DNA of 64,000 nucleotides, from positions 149,544,001 to 149,608,000 of the forward strand of contig NC_043000.1 in NCBI RefSeq assembly GCF_006345805.1, given 5' to 3'. How positions within the stretch are numbered: the stretch's first letter is position 1; every line of letters starts with the position of its first letter. This stretch comes from Octopus sinensis. Taxonomy: Eukaryota. The position numbers and the translations under genes are program-made. Shown piece after piece: positions 37,491 to 50,379 of the stretch. Below the pieces are notes generated by a model. The model ran no database searches. It was given only the letters and a program-made list of their open reading frames with translations, and had not been told where the DNA came from.

Positions 37491-37916
37491 CTTTAGCAAG
37501 TTTATAGCCCACTAATTTAATAAAATACCCGATAATCCTTCGATAGCTGTAAGAGTTAATCCAATGAAAAACAACAACAATTCGTATGAGTTTTTGAGGC
37601 CTTCGTGTACATGGTATATTTATTCCAATCCGGGAGGAGAGCATTCGTACACAGCTTGAATATTTAACATTTTACAGAACAGAATGAAGTTAGTGGATTC
37701 CACTCAATTCAAATCGGCGCGGGTAGTCTACTAGCAGAGAGGGAGACGATGCAGTTAGCAGCAGGCTGCTTGGTGGACAAAAGAGGCCCTTATTGGCTCT
37801 GCACGTCATTTTATCTCTCTCTCTCACGAGCGCCACCTCGGTGTTAACGATGTGACCAGGGGAGAAAACTCCAGATGACCCGCGTTCGTACATGGATTCA
37901 ACTACGGTTGTCTACA
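37490..37916 (-). repeat. 5' LTR
   Basis: Aligns to the 3' LTR and is directly followed by the PBS. Confidence 0.88.
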
Positions 37917-37989
37917 TAGCTTTTGTTCACTTTCACACTTTAGCTATGGGGCTTTTGTCCGTGCAATATTGTCGTGGCCTCTCTTATAT

Positions 37990-39212
37990 TCCTTCTGGGC
38001 TAGTGGCGTACATTAGCTGGTAATATGCCATACGGTTCTACCATTTTGTCCACAGATGCTTCACTTATCACTTTCTGATGTGTTGTCTACTCAGTATTTT
38101 ATGTAGTTTGTTTTTAGTGCTTGCTCTTGGGCAACATAGATTAGAGCCTCCGTTTCCGGTTTTAAATCACTTTTCGTCATCCACAGCCATCTTTTTTCTC
38201 TCTGTCTTATCTTCAACATCCCTATGAAATTGTCCATGCATTCCTTTCTTTACCCATATATTTTCAGTTTCATTCGTTTTCAATGTCTTGTATAGTGCTT
38301 TATCTTTGCTATACTTCATCCTACAGAAGCCTGATCCTCCTACTTCTATTAGCAGTTCTGTGGCATTTTTTACATACCATGCTATGTTGTTTTCTTTTGT
38401 TTTAATGCTGTGTTCGCATCTAATAAGTCTTCTTCCCCCTCTTTTCCTTGGTGCGTAATAGTCTGCCTGTGTCACTTTTTGGGTGGAGTGTCCCATATCT
38501 AGTTAGCAACTTCCTTGTCTTTCTGTCTAAGCTGTTTAGTTCGTCTGCTGTCCATTACCCCTGCTCCATATCTAAGGAGTGAAACAGCCCAGGTGTTGAA
38601 AGCTTCAATCTTATTCTGTCCGTTTAATTTTGACTGTTAGGTCCGTCCTCCAGTTCGCCATACTATTTCCAAGCAATCGCTCAACATTCGATGCAATACC
38701 AAATAGGTTCATACATTCCATTATCCAAGGGTGTGGGATCATATCGTACGCCTTACGATAGTCGATCCATGACATGGCTAAGTTAGTTTTCCTCCTCTTG
38801 CAGTCTCTAGATACAGTTTTGTCTATCAGGAGTTGATCCTTGGTATCTCTGCACTTACGCTTGCAACCCTTCTGCGCATGTGGCAGGATTCCATTTTTCC
38901 CCAGATGTTCGTACATTGACTCTGCAAGTATTCCAGTCAATAATTTCCACATAAGTGGCAGACAGGATATCGGCCTGTAATTGTCTACCGTATTGCCTTT
39001 TTCGATGTTTTTCAAGTATAGCACTGTCCTACCCAATGTCAACCACTTTGGTCGGCATTTAACAAGGTGTTGAGTTGCGCAGCTATTCATGCATGACATT
39101 CACCAAATCTTTTGATCCAGTAGCCTTGAACTCCACCTGGTCCCGGGGTCTTCTAGTTGCTCATCTTTTTGCTGATTTCCTTCACGTCCCTAACTAAAAT
39201 GACCGGTTCTGC
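37990..39212 (-). mobile_element. R4/Dong-type LINE RT fragment with internal deletion
   Basis: [17 protein letters not shown]...[19 protein letters not shown]...WIDYRKAYD, then a jump to the post-RT region. Confidence 0.85.
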
Positions 39213-39254
39213 CTGTTTTGAACAGACAACTGTTTGTTTCAGTTCTTGCAACTA

Positions 39255-39260
39255 TATGAT

Positions 39261-39302
<42 letters not shown>

Positions 39303-39402
39303 GTATTATTATTATTATTATTATTATATTTTATTATTATTACTACTACTACTACTATTATTATTATTATTATTATTATCATCATTATTATTATTATTAT
39401 TA

Positions 39403-39433
<31 letters not shown>

Positions 39434-39467
39434 CATCATTATTATTATTATCATTATTATTATTATA
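39255..39467. repeat. (ACT)n/(ATT)n microsatellite
   Basis: Direct reading. Confidence 0.95.
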
Positions 39468-40158
39468 GACGTCGCACAGTGTACAATATGGCGAGGTTGT
39501 TGATAAAGGATATTGTATCTACCGGGGGTTTGTACTGTTTGTCAAGTGACAACAAGGACCTCAATATGCGTGCAGTTCCAAGTAATGCCGACTTTTGCAA
39601 TACACCTAGATTGTAGGGTATTTCTAAAGTTTTCAGATGTTTTTTGTTTAGATTGGGTGGTATTGAACCTAATTCTCCGATGACGATCGGGGTAACCTTT
39701 TTGTTTGACTCTCGTAGCTGCCACATCTTGGCAATCTCAATTCTCAGGTCTCCATATTTATCAACCTCTTCTCTTTCTTTCATGATGATCTGTTGATCTC
39801 CTTGCCACGTCGATTATTAGGCACTCATGTTTGTTCCTCCAAAAAGTTACTATATCCGGCCTACCGTGTTCTAATACCTTGTCTGTCTGGAAGTCAAAGT
39901 CCCAGAGGCTTTTTGCCTCCCCCCTTTCGTCCATTACCTTTTCCAGTGTATGTTGATACCAAGCACCCGTAACCTCATAACCATACTTATGGCATAGTAG
40001 CCAGTAGAGTTGTTGGGTTACCTTGTCGTGTCCACTCTTGTACTCTTTCTGCGCAAGACTTTCACAAGCACTAACAATGTGAGTCACGCTTTCGACCCTC
40101 TTCCCACACATTCTGCAAAGGTTTGTTGCACATGTGCAGCATATATACATTTTCACCA
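39468..40158 (-). mobile_element. R4/Dong-type LINE 3' fragment flanked by (TAA)n on both sides
   Basis: CRMCGKRVESVTHIVSAC, HGRPDIV...IIDVA, KYGDLRIEIAKMW. Confidence 0.85.
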
Positions 40159-40190
40159 AGTTATTATTATTATTATTATCATTATTATTA

Positions 40191-40227
<37 letters not shown>

Positions 40228-40255
40228 CATTATTATTATTATTATTATTATTATT

Positions 40256-42005
<1,750 letters not shown>

Positions 42006-42059
42006 ATTCAGTAGTTTTATTTTTATAGCGTGCTTTCACTTCACTACCGAGCACAGCTC

Positions 42060-42290
42060 TGTGTGCCTTGGGTATGTGCTGTGATTTGTTGTGATGCTCT
42101 GATGGTTATTGTATGGAAAGTGTTCTGCGTAGGATGTGTGCAGCGCCTAGTAGTGCAATTTTCTGTATGTTATATGTGTTTGTAAGTCCTGGTGTTTTTG
42201 TTATGTATTTGTCTGAATATTTTTTTATCATGCCTAATGCACCTACTATGATAGGAATTGTTTCTGTTTTTAGATTCCACATTCTGGTTA
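42060..42290 (-). mobile_element. R4/Dong-type LINE 3' terminal fragment
   Basis: The minus strand encodes ETIPIIVGALGMIKK...IQKIALLGAAHILRR. Confidence 0.7.
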
Positions 42291-42298
42291 CTTTCTTT

Positions 42299-42421
<123 letters not shown>

Positions 42422-42840
42422 CTGAAAGACCCTCGGACAGTTTTTAATTACCGGTTATTCTTAACATGAAAGCCAGTAATAACATATCACCAAAGGTTTC
42501 AAGTAGTGCCTTCTGTGATGTAAAGGAAGAAAAAGACGGAAGCGAAAAGAGAGAGTTGCGGAAGTCTTAGCTGCCGGTCCGGAAAAAAGGATCACTTTCA
42601 ACGTCCACGTGCTCTGTCTCGATTCTGCAAGGTTCACTCAACGTCCACGTGCGATATCCGTCACTCTGCAGTCTAACGTGTCTGCTCTTATGCGCTGTTC
42701 GCCACCGTCTCTCTCCTTGCACTTCACTGGCGCTGCATGCCTACCGCGGCCCTTCCAGTGGAACCCACCGGCCCCACTTCCGACAGGACATGCCTACTCC
42801 CTCACTTCCGATCCTACAACACAGCCTGGCTCATAACACC

Positions 42841-43071
42841 TATTTCTTTACTACCCACAAGGGTCTAAACACAGAGAGGACAAACAAGGACAGACAAACG
42901 GATTAAGTCGATTACATCGACCCCAGTGCGTAACTGGTACTTAATTTATCGACCCCGAAAGGATGAAAGGCAAAGTCGACCACGGCGGAATTTGAACTCA
43001 GAACGTAACGGCAGACGAAATACCGCTAAACATTTCGCCCGGCGTGCTAACATTTCTGCCAGCTCGCTGCC
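42841..43071 (-). mobile_element. tRNA-derived SINE with a Tx1-like 3' tail; 16-bp TSD
   Basis: Reverse complement of the 56628-56857 family. CCTGGCTCATAACACC at 42825-42840 and 43097-43112. Confidence 0.88.
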
Positions 43072-43139
43072 CTATGTATGTATGTATGCATGCTGCCCTG
43101 GCTCATAACACCACACCCTAAGTAACTCAAAGAGACAAT

Positions 43140-43460
43140 ACTCTCCTTAGAATGCGAGCTGTCTTCTGGATCACCTCGAGCCTGACAGCAGCTCCAATAT
43201 TCTTAATATGTGTCTAAAAACCCTTGGGAACTGCTCCTAATGCTCCATTTACCACCGGTATCACCATTACTTTCCTCATGCCCCATAACTTACCTATCTC
43301 GTCCCGCAGTGGCAGGTATTTCTCAATCCTTTCTCTTTCTTTACATTTCACCCTCGAATCGCCTGGTATTGCAACATCTATTATATTTACCTCTTTTTCC
43401 TCTTTATGGATGAGCACAATATTTGGTCGTCTCGCCTCTATGACTTGGTCGAACCGCATG
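43140..43460 (-). mobile_element. R4/Dong-type LINE endonuclease fragment
   Basis: ARRPNIV...IIDVAIPGD...EKY..LRDEIGKLW...IPVVNGALG. Confidence 0.8.
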
Positions 43461-43473
43461 TTAAAATCCTATA

Positions 43474-43742
43474 TTTGTATGTATGTATGTATGTATGTAT
43501 GTATGTATGTATGTATGTATGTATGTATGTATGTATGTATGCATGAATGTATGTATGTATGCATGTATGTATGTATGCATGAATGTATGTATGTATGCAT
43601 GTATGTATGTATGCATGAATGTATGTATTTATGTATGTATGTATGTATGTACGTACGTACGTATGTATGTATGTATGTATGTATGTATGTATGTATGTAT
43701 GTGTGACAAACCCATGTATGTGTGTGTCTGCGTGTACGTGAT

Positions 43743-43775
<33 letters not shown>

Positions 43776-43889
43776 GTGTGTGTGTAAGTATGAATGGAAG
43801 AAGAAATAGTATAACAGAAAAAAGTTCAAATTTGTTTTTTCAATGTATGACTGAGCAATGATCCTGGAATTAAAGACGCATGCGCGCAC

Positions 43890-43963
<74 letters not shown>

Positions 43964-43965
43964 CA
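43474..43965. repeat. (TATG)n, (TG)n and (CA)n microsatellites
   Basis: Direct reading. Confidence 0.92.
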
Positions 43966-44526
43966 CACACATGCATATATCAGCACTTGTAAACTTCATT
44001 ATTTCTCTGGAGCAACAAAAACTGGTCTTTACGAATGAACAAGCAAGAAATGTTCTGAAATATAAATTTTGAATTTAGCTTTAGTTATAAAATTACATCT
44101 CACAACAGTTGAAAACATTTTTTCGGCTTTTGAATTATTTGCATATATCTTCAAAAGTTTTTCATTAAATCAAAACCTTTTCTTTCTTTCTTTTGCGTAC
44201 ATTTTTCGTCATTTTGTACCATTCCAATTCGTCAAACATTTGAAATTACTGTAGGGAGCGGGGCAGAATAAGAAATTTTTGATTTCTTGTTATTTTCTCC
44301 CTACCTGCTTGAAACTGTTGCATTACAAGTATTGGATCATTTGTTCTATTGCATCATCTTTGGGAGTAAAAATTGGTCAGTATAATTGTTGCTGAAATTG
44401 AGAATTTTGAAACTCAATCAAATGATATACTTTTCTTTCAAGAAAATTTTCTTCAACTTCGACTCGATTGTAATTGAGGTTGCAAATTAAATATCTGGAT
44501 AAATTTTGATGTTTAACAATTAATAT

Positions 44527-44812
44527 TTAGAAATATTAAATTTCTAAATGTCTCAAAGAGACATGAGCGGTGGTGGAGCGATAGAGTGGTTGTATAAAGT
44601 CAACATAACGTGACAGTCCCGTAGAGGGAATTACACCACCGCTATATAGCCGTGTCAAAACCGACAGGAAGCGTCGATGCTTCCTAGGGCTATGTAGCGG
44701 TGGTGTAATTCCCTCTACGGGACTGTCACGTTATGTTGACTTTATACAACCACTCTATCGCTCCACCACCGCTCATGTCTCTTTGAGACATTTAGAAATT
44801 CAATATTTCTAA
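44527..44812. repeat. Near-perfect inverted repeat (~125-bp arms, 36-bp spacer)
   Basis: 44527-44651 is the reverse complement of 44688-44812 with very few mismatches. Confidence 0.92.
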
Positions 44813-45126
44813 TCACGGTGACCAGTGAATAGATTTCACTGTAAATATATATATATTTGCGAAGGCTTGGCAAGTATCACCGCTAGCGGGGACTCGCTAC
44901 CCCGGACTGACGACGGGCAATACCCAGAAACATGCATGTCTTCAGGTTGCTAGTCCTGGCTAGTGGGGGTGCTTGCCTCCCCTTTGCAAATATAAGGACA
45001 CAGGAAATGTGTCAAAGCCGACAGGAAGCGTCGATGCTTCCTAGGGCTATATAGCGGTAGTGTAATGCCCTCTACGAGACTGTCACGTTATGTTGACTTT
45101 ATACAACCACAATTAATATTCTTTTC

Positions 45127-46562
45127 GGTAAATTTACAGTTTCACACCAGACTCGATTTGGGTACTAAACCATTTTTTTTTCACGTTTTGGGGGGTGCAA
45201 TCGTCTTAGTTGACCTCGTAAGCTGTCGGAAATGCATTCTTTCCGAGGAAAACGGAGGGGTGAAGTGGGGCGAAGCCTCGGAAATTCCCCTTTCCGACCC
45301 CGTCTCCTACGTTTGTTTTTCGTTCCAATCCTCTTAATTGACATCATAATGTGTGGGAAACGCATTTTGTCTGTGGAAAACGGAGGGGATGGTATGGGAC
45401 GGAACCTAGGGGAGTCCTGTATATTTTATGTCTCTGGATTTATTCTGGAATCGATCCTTTATTGGCGATCTGGGAAGGGTGTATATAATTTTGCTGCCTC
45501 AATAATAAAAATTGGTGCAGCAATTTTTTGTTGTTGTTTTCTGTAGCAGAAATAAATAAATACCTGGTCAGGTACTGGCGTAGATAGTTTGAAGGAATAC
45601 TTGGCCTTTTCACTCATTCTTTGAAATCTCGCCAAAAACGTTCCATGTTCATTGCGTGTATGCGTGCATATGTGGTATCAACAAAATTTTCTTTGTGGTT
45701 TATCATGTAATGCTTACAAAGATATACAAACCGAATGTTTGTATATCTTTGTAAGCCGCTTAATAATAGGCGCAGGAGTGGCTGTGTGGTAAGTAGCTTG
45801 CTAACCAACCACATGGTTCCGGGTTCAGTCCCACTGTGTGGCATCTTGGGCAAGTGTCTTCTGCTATAGCCCCGGACCGACCAATGCCTTGTGAGTGGAT
45901 TTGGTAGACGGAAACTGAAAGAAGCCTGTCGTATATATGTATATATATATATATGTGTGTGTTTGTGTGTCTGTGTTTGTCCCCCTAGCATCGCTTGACA
46001 ACCGATGCTGGTGTGTTTACGTCCCCGTCACTTAGCAGTTCGGCAAAAAAGAGACCGATAGAATAAGTACTGGGCTTACAAAGAATAAGTCCCGGGGTCG
46101 AGTTCCTCGATTAAAGGCGGTGCTTCAGCATGGCCGCAGTCAAATGACTGAAACAAGTAAAAGAGAAAAAGAGAAAGAGAATCACTATAGATAACTGAGC
46201 CAGGTTTGATGTATTTTTGAATTAGTGGAAGCAATGTGGCTTTGTCAAACTTCTGACCAGCCAGAGGAGCAACAAAGCGACGTTTCCTAATCCGCTCAAT
46301 CATAATGTATGAGGTCAATTTAGACGTTTGCAACGAAAAAAGAAAAAAAGAAAAAGACGCGGGAGACGGAATCGGGAAGAAGAATTTCCGAGGTTCCGCC
46401 CCACCCCACCCCCTCCGTTTTCCGCGGAACGAATGCATTTCCGACAGCTTATGAGGCCAACAAAGACATTTGCACACAAAAAAAAAAATCAAAAAAGAAA
46501 AAAACGCGGGAAAAAATTATTTAGTACCGAAATCGAGTCTGGTGTGGAACTATAAATTTACC
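45127..46562 (-). mobile_element. Merlin (IS1016/IS1595-like) DNA transposon with long TIRs and 8-bp TSD
   Basis: TIRs start GGTAAATTTA(C/T)AGTT(T/C)CACACCAGACTCGATTT. TSD TTCTTTTC/TTTTTTTC. Transposase remnants TLLPLIQKYIKPGSVIYSD and INHKENFVD...NMERFWRDFK. Confidence 0.88.
45768..46180 (+). mobile_element. OR-like CORE SINE inserted in the Merlin transposase
   Basis: Same family as 25552-25982. It interrupts the transposase just after IYSD. Confidence 0.9.
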
Positions 46563-46921
46563 TTTTTTTCTCTGTTAGATTCCACGTCAATGTTTTCCAC
46601 ACTAATGTCTAATTTGATAATTTTCCATTTTCAAAAAATTATGTCAAAATTGTGGGAAAAATTATGTCTAAATTGGTGCAAAATCTCTCTAGAGGCATTC
46701 TCAACTAAGGCTGTGAGACAGACTTAACCACGCCAGACGTCAACCTGGTATTTCAAGGTCTCGAGAAGGGCTTACAGGTACTACACCTTGCCCCACAGTG
46801 ATCTGAAGGTAGTTCTGGTTGACGGTAACCCTATTCTTCCCACGTCGAGACACCACAACCGGATGCAGTTTCATGCCGCACCCAGAGCATATTGTTAGTA
46901 TTAATATTATTTACTAGTGGA

Positions 46922-47305
46922 TGGAAGCACTCCGTCGGTTACGACGACGAGGGTTCCGGTTGATCCGAATCAACGGAACAGCCTGCTCGTGAAATTAGCG
47001 TGTAAGTGGCTGAACACTCCACAGACACGTGTACCCTTAACATAGTCCTCGGGGATATTCAGCATGACACAGAGAGTGACAAGGCCGGCCCTTTGAAATA
47101 CAGGTACAACAGAAACAGTAAGTAAGAGTGAGAGAAAGTTGTGGTGAAAGAGTACAGCAGGGATCACCACCATCCCCTGCCGGAGCCTCGTGGAGCTTTT
47201 AGGTGTTTTCGTTCAATAAACACTCACAACGCCCGGTCTGGGAGTCGAAACCGCGATCCTATGACCGCGAGTCCGCTGCCCTAACCACTGGGCCATTGTG
47301 CCTCC
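46922..47305 (-). mobile_element. tRNA-derived SINE, second family (OK-like), TSD TATTTACTAGT
   Basis: Reverse complement of 50694-51076. A- and B-box-like head. TSD at 46908-46918 and 47308-47318. Confidence 0.88.
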
Positions 47306-47989
47306 CATATTTACTAGTATTGTTACAGTAAACTGTATTGCTGTTTTTGGCGTTGTTATTGTCTTATCATTTTCATTGTTCTGGCTATTTTTGTATTTCC
47401 TGTAGTCAGGGTGGCTTTGTTACCATTGTTGCTCTTCTTTTTATGATCTTTATTACTGTTGTTTTTGTCCTTGTAGTAGTGACAGCGCTATGTAGTCATG
47501 GTGACGTAGGTGTTGTTATTGTTTAGAGTACTATCAACGGCCATATAAAATGGATTGCAATGTTCAGTCTGCCAGTTTTGCTGCTGATATTTATATGGGA
47601 GAGAAATTCTATTGAGGTAAGGGCGGAGATTTGTATTGGCTTTGGTTTGCTGTGTCTGGAGCGTTGGGAGTTCACTTGTCAGACCAGCTATACATGTGCA
47701 CTGGCACATTATACCGATGATCCTACAAGCTGTTTCATTCATCTAAAACTGGCTGTTGTTTGATTGATCGAAACGAAGCTGTTAGTGGGGGAAAAGGGGT
47801 CGGGTGGCTGGGATCTAGGGTACGGAGAAGAGAGGATGGGAAAGTTTTTTCAGGAAAATGTTTCAGAAGAGATTTTAGATAAATATAAGGGAAAAAGAGA
47901 AACAGAGAAAGGGGACATTTTATATATGGGTGTATGGCAATATCAGTAAGAGCGAATCTTCTTACGATTTTCTTCTCTGGTCAGCAAAC

Positions 47990-48079
47990 AAGTGAAAAGT
48001 CAATGGGATCAGAGAGAGAGAGAGAGAGGGGGAGAGAGGGAGAGAGAAAGAGAGAGAGAGGGAGGGAGAGAAGGAGAGG

Positions 48080-48114
<35 letters not shown>

Positions 48115-48223
48115 GGAGAGAGGGAGGGAGGGAAGGAGAGGGAGAGAGAGAGAGAGAGAGGGGATGGCTCTAAAGTAAATAGCAATATTAATGGCAGCAG
48201 CTGCTTTGTGTAATTACAGAGAG

Positions 48224-48254
<31 letters not shown>

Positions 48255-48270
48255 AGAAAGAGATAGGGAG
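47990..48270. repeat. (GA)n/(GGGA)n purine tract
   Basis: Direct reading. Confidence 0.9.
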
Positions 48271-48427
48271 AAAGAGGGGCATTTAGAGCCAGCGTAGTGT
48301 AGTGTGTTTAGCTGGGAGAGTACGGAGAAAGTCTTTCAGCAATATGTTTCTGAAGAGACATTAAATAAAAATAAAAGAGAGAGATGGGAACATTTTCTAT
48401 ACGGATGAATAGTAATGTTGTTGTTGT

Positions 48428-48955
48428 TATTATTAGTCCCGCCGACCTCCTTTAAGGGGGAGGGCAAAACAATTTTCATTTGTCTGGTGGCTGTAACGAA
48501 AGAGGTGGTATTGTGGACCCGTTTGAAAGGGCTAAAGTCAGACACTTTCCTCTTTGGCCAAGGCCTCATCAATTTTTACAAGTTCCACTTGAAAAGGAAG
48601 GTGAGAGTAGAGAGGGAAGTGCTGTCTCGTAGCAAAATTATAAAAAGTTGGGTGAATGTCGATAAAATGGCCAGTATGAACGGACCAATTCTGAGGTTAC
48701 ACCTGTAAAAACAAAAATGGAATATAAAAGAAGGGGCTCTCACCTCGTTTGACCAGGCTCCCGTTGCTTTTATAGGTTTTTCCACGAGTAATCTTTCAAA
48801 GCACCTCCCTCTATTAGGAGTTCGGTTATATTTTTCGCTGTTTTCTAATGTTTACACGGACCTTTCTTTTTCGCAAGACCCTTTGTAATTTTCGTCCGGT
48901 GTTTGTCCTTACATGTTTTTGATTTATATTAGCCCTTGTGGCCAATAAAACAAGA
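48428..48955 (+). mobile_element. 5'-truncated dispersed Tx1-family copy (ORF2 C-terminus + 3' UTR)
   Basis: GLINFYKFHLKRKVRVEREVLS matches unit C GLVEYFKFHLKRHIELERRSLS. Ends TAGCCCTTGTGGCCAATAAAACAAGAA. Confidence 0.82.
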
Positions 48956-49056
48956 ATTAATTATTGTTGTTGTTGTTATCATCATCATCATAATCATCAT
49001 CATAATCATAATCATCATCATCATCATCATCATCATTTTCATCATCATCAACATCA

Positions 49057-49727
49057 TCTCTTTATCACAGGTTGTGTCGAAGCTCCTGGAGTCTTGCATG
49101 AGTAGCGAGCTTACTACCTGCAGCCTACGGTACCTTGCTATTCTTGCTATTCGTTCTTTTCAGATTTCCTGATTATTCTGGCCATGCCAAGGAGGCAAAC
49201 CTTTTGTAACAGTTCTACTGGGCACATTATTCCAATTTCCTCTATATTCCTCTTGATGCTTTCTGATACTGTTCCCAAGGACCCAACAATAATTAGCACT
49301 ATCTTCACCATTTTCCATAGCCGTGCTATTTCGTACTTAAGAGGTTTATAAGTATCTTTCTTTTCGTCTTCCTTCTTGACTATTCGTGGATCAAAGGGGC
49401 ATGCAACATCAATTATATAGCATATGTGGTGCATCTTGTCCACCACCTCTAGATCCGGTCTGTTATGCTCTAGCACCTGATCTGTTTGGATTGGGAAATC
49501 CCAGAGGATTTTGCTCGTACCCAACTCTTCCACTCTCTGAGGTTTGTGCTCATGCCCCATCTTGCCTCTCTCTTGACCCCACTTTTCGCACAGTTCCCAA
49601 TGTAACACTTTCGTCACTTGGTCGTGTCGCCACAACTTTTTTGTGTTTGGGCAAGTCTAGGGCACTCGTTTGTGATATGGGCAATGGTTTCATCCACTCT
49701 ATTGCAGATGCGGCACAGCGGAGACAC
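49057..49727 (-). mobile_element. R4/Dong-type LINE 3' fragment
   Basis: ILWDFPIQTD...HNRPDLEVVDK...IIDVACPFD; same subfamily as 21987-23398. Confidence 0.86.
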
Positions 49728-49740
49728 ATTATTATTATTT

Positions 49741-50353
49741 AGTGAGAAAGTATCGCATGCCATCAAAGTGACACTAGGATACAAATATACGAAGCCCTAT
49801 ATACCCATCATGACTACCTGTCTGATAAGGGTACACCAGGCACATGCATCACAACCATATGTATGCGACATGGTAAATTTATATCAAAATAAACATCGCA
49901 TGGCCTTGCAAGTTAGAATTTTCTTCAATTCGAGTAGCCCATCCTGTTCAAAAGGTCCCTGAATAAGGGTTGTTTAAGGATGTTGAAGGAAACCCCCATG
50001 TTTCCGGTGGTGAATTATTCAAAACCCAAAGAATTCCTCTCAACGCATGACTATGATGCTCTCCCACTACTTCTGCTCGTGATCAGAGATGCACATATCG
50101 TCAGCCACTAAGGGACATGTTTAACTGGTTAAGGTCAAACAACGGATAATCAAATCTGTGGTATTGAGCAGAATATTTGCTGTAGCTCATCTTTAACAAC
50201 AAGACAAAACATGTGCATGGTAACACTTCCAATCAGTTAAGATCTGATGCCATGAGAACCAGTGTCTGGTATTGCATCAGAGCATTTGAGCAGAATATTT
50301 GCTGTGGCTCATCTTTTACACCAAGACATTGAGCAGAATATTTGCTGTAGCCC
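49741..50353 (-). mobile_element. ORF-less (TAA)n-associated element, diverged copy 4 with reiterated TTGAGCAGAATATTTGCTGT subunits
   Basis: Homologous to 40256-40811. Confidence 0.72.
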
Positions 50354-50379
50354 GAGCTCTTAATTTCACTTGCTCTGGC

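Larger units (their letters stand above)
31425..37916 (-). mobile_element. Ty3/Gypsy LTR retrotransposon, CsRn1/Kabuki/Boudicca-like lineage, degraded but structurally complete
   Basis: Two LTRs, tRNA-Trp PBS, PPT, Gag with CHCC motif (CWYHRRFGRNARKCIQPC) and PR-RT-RH-IN order. Possible 4-bp TSD TAGA/TAGC. Confidence 0.92.

Noticed and set aside
47488-47790. Possible second hammerhead or Penelope end (CCGATGA...GATCGAAAC)
   Set aside because: The core is mutated and stems I-III cannot be paired convincingly.
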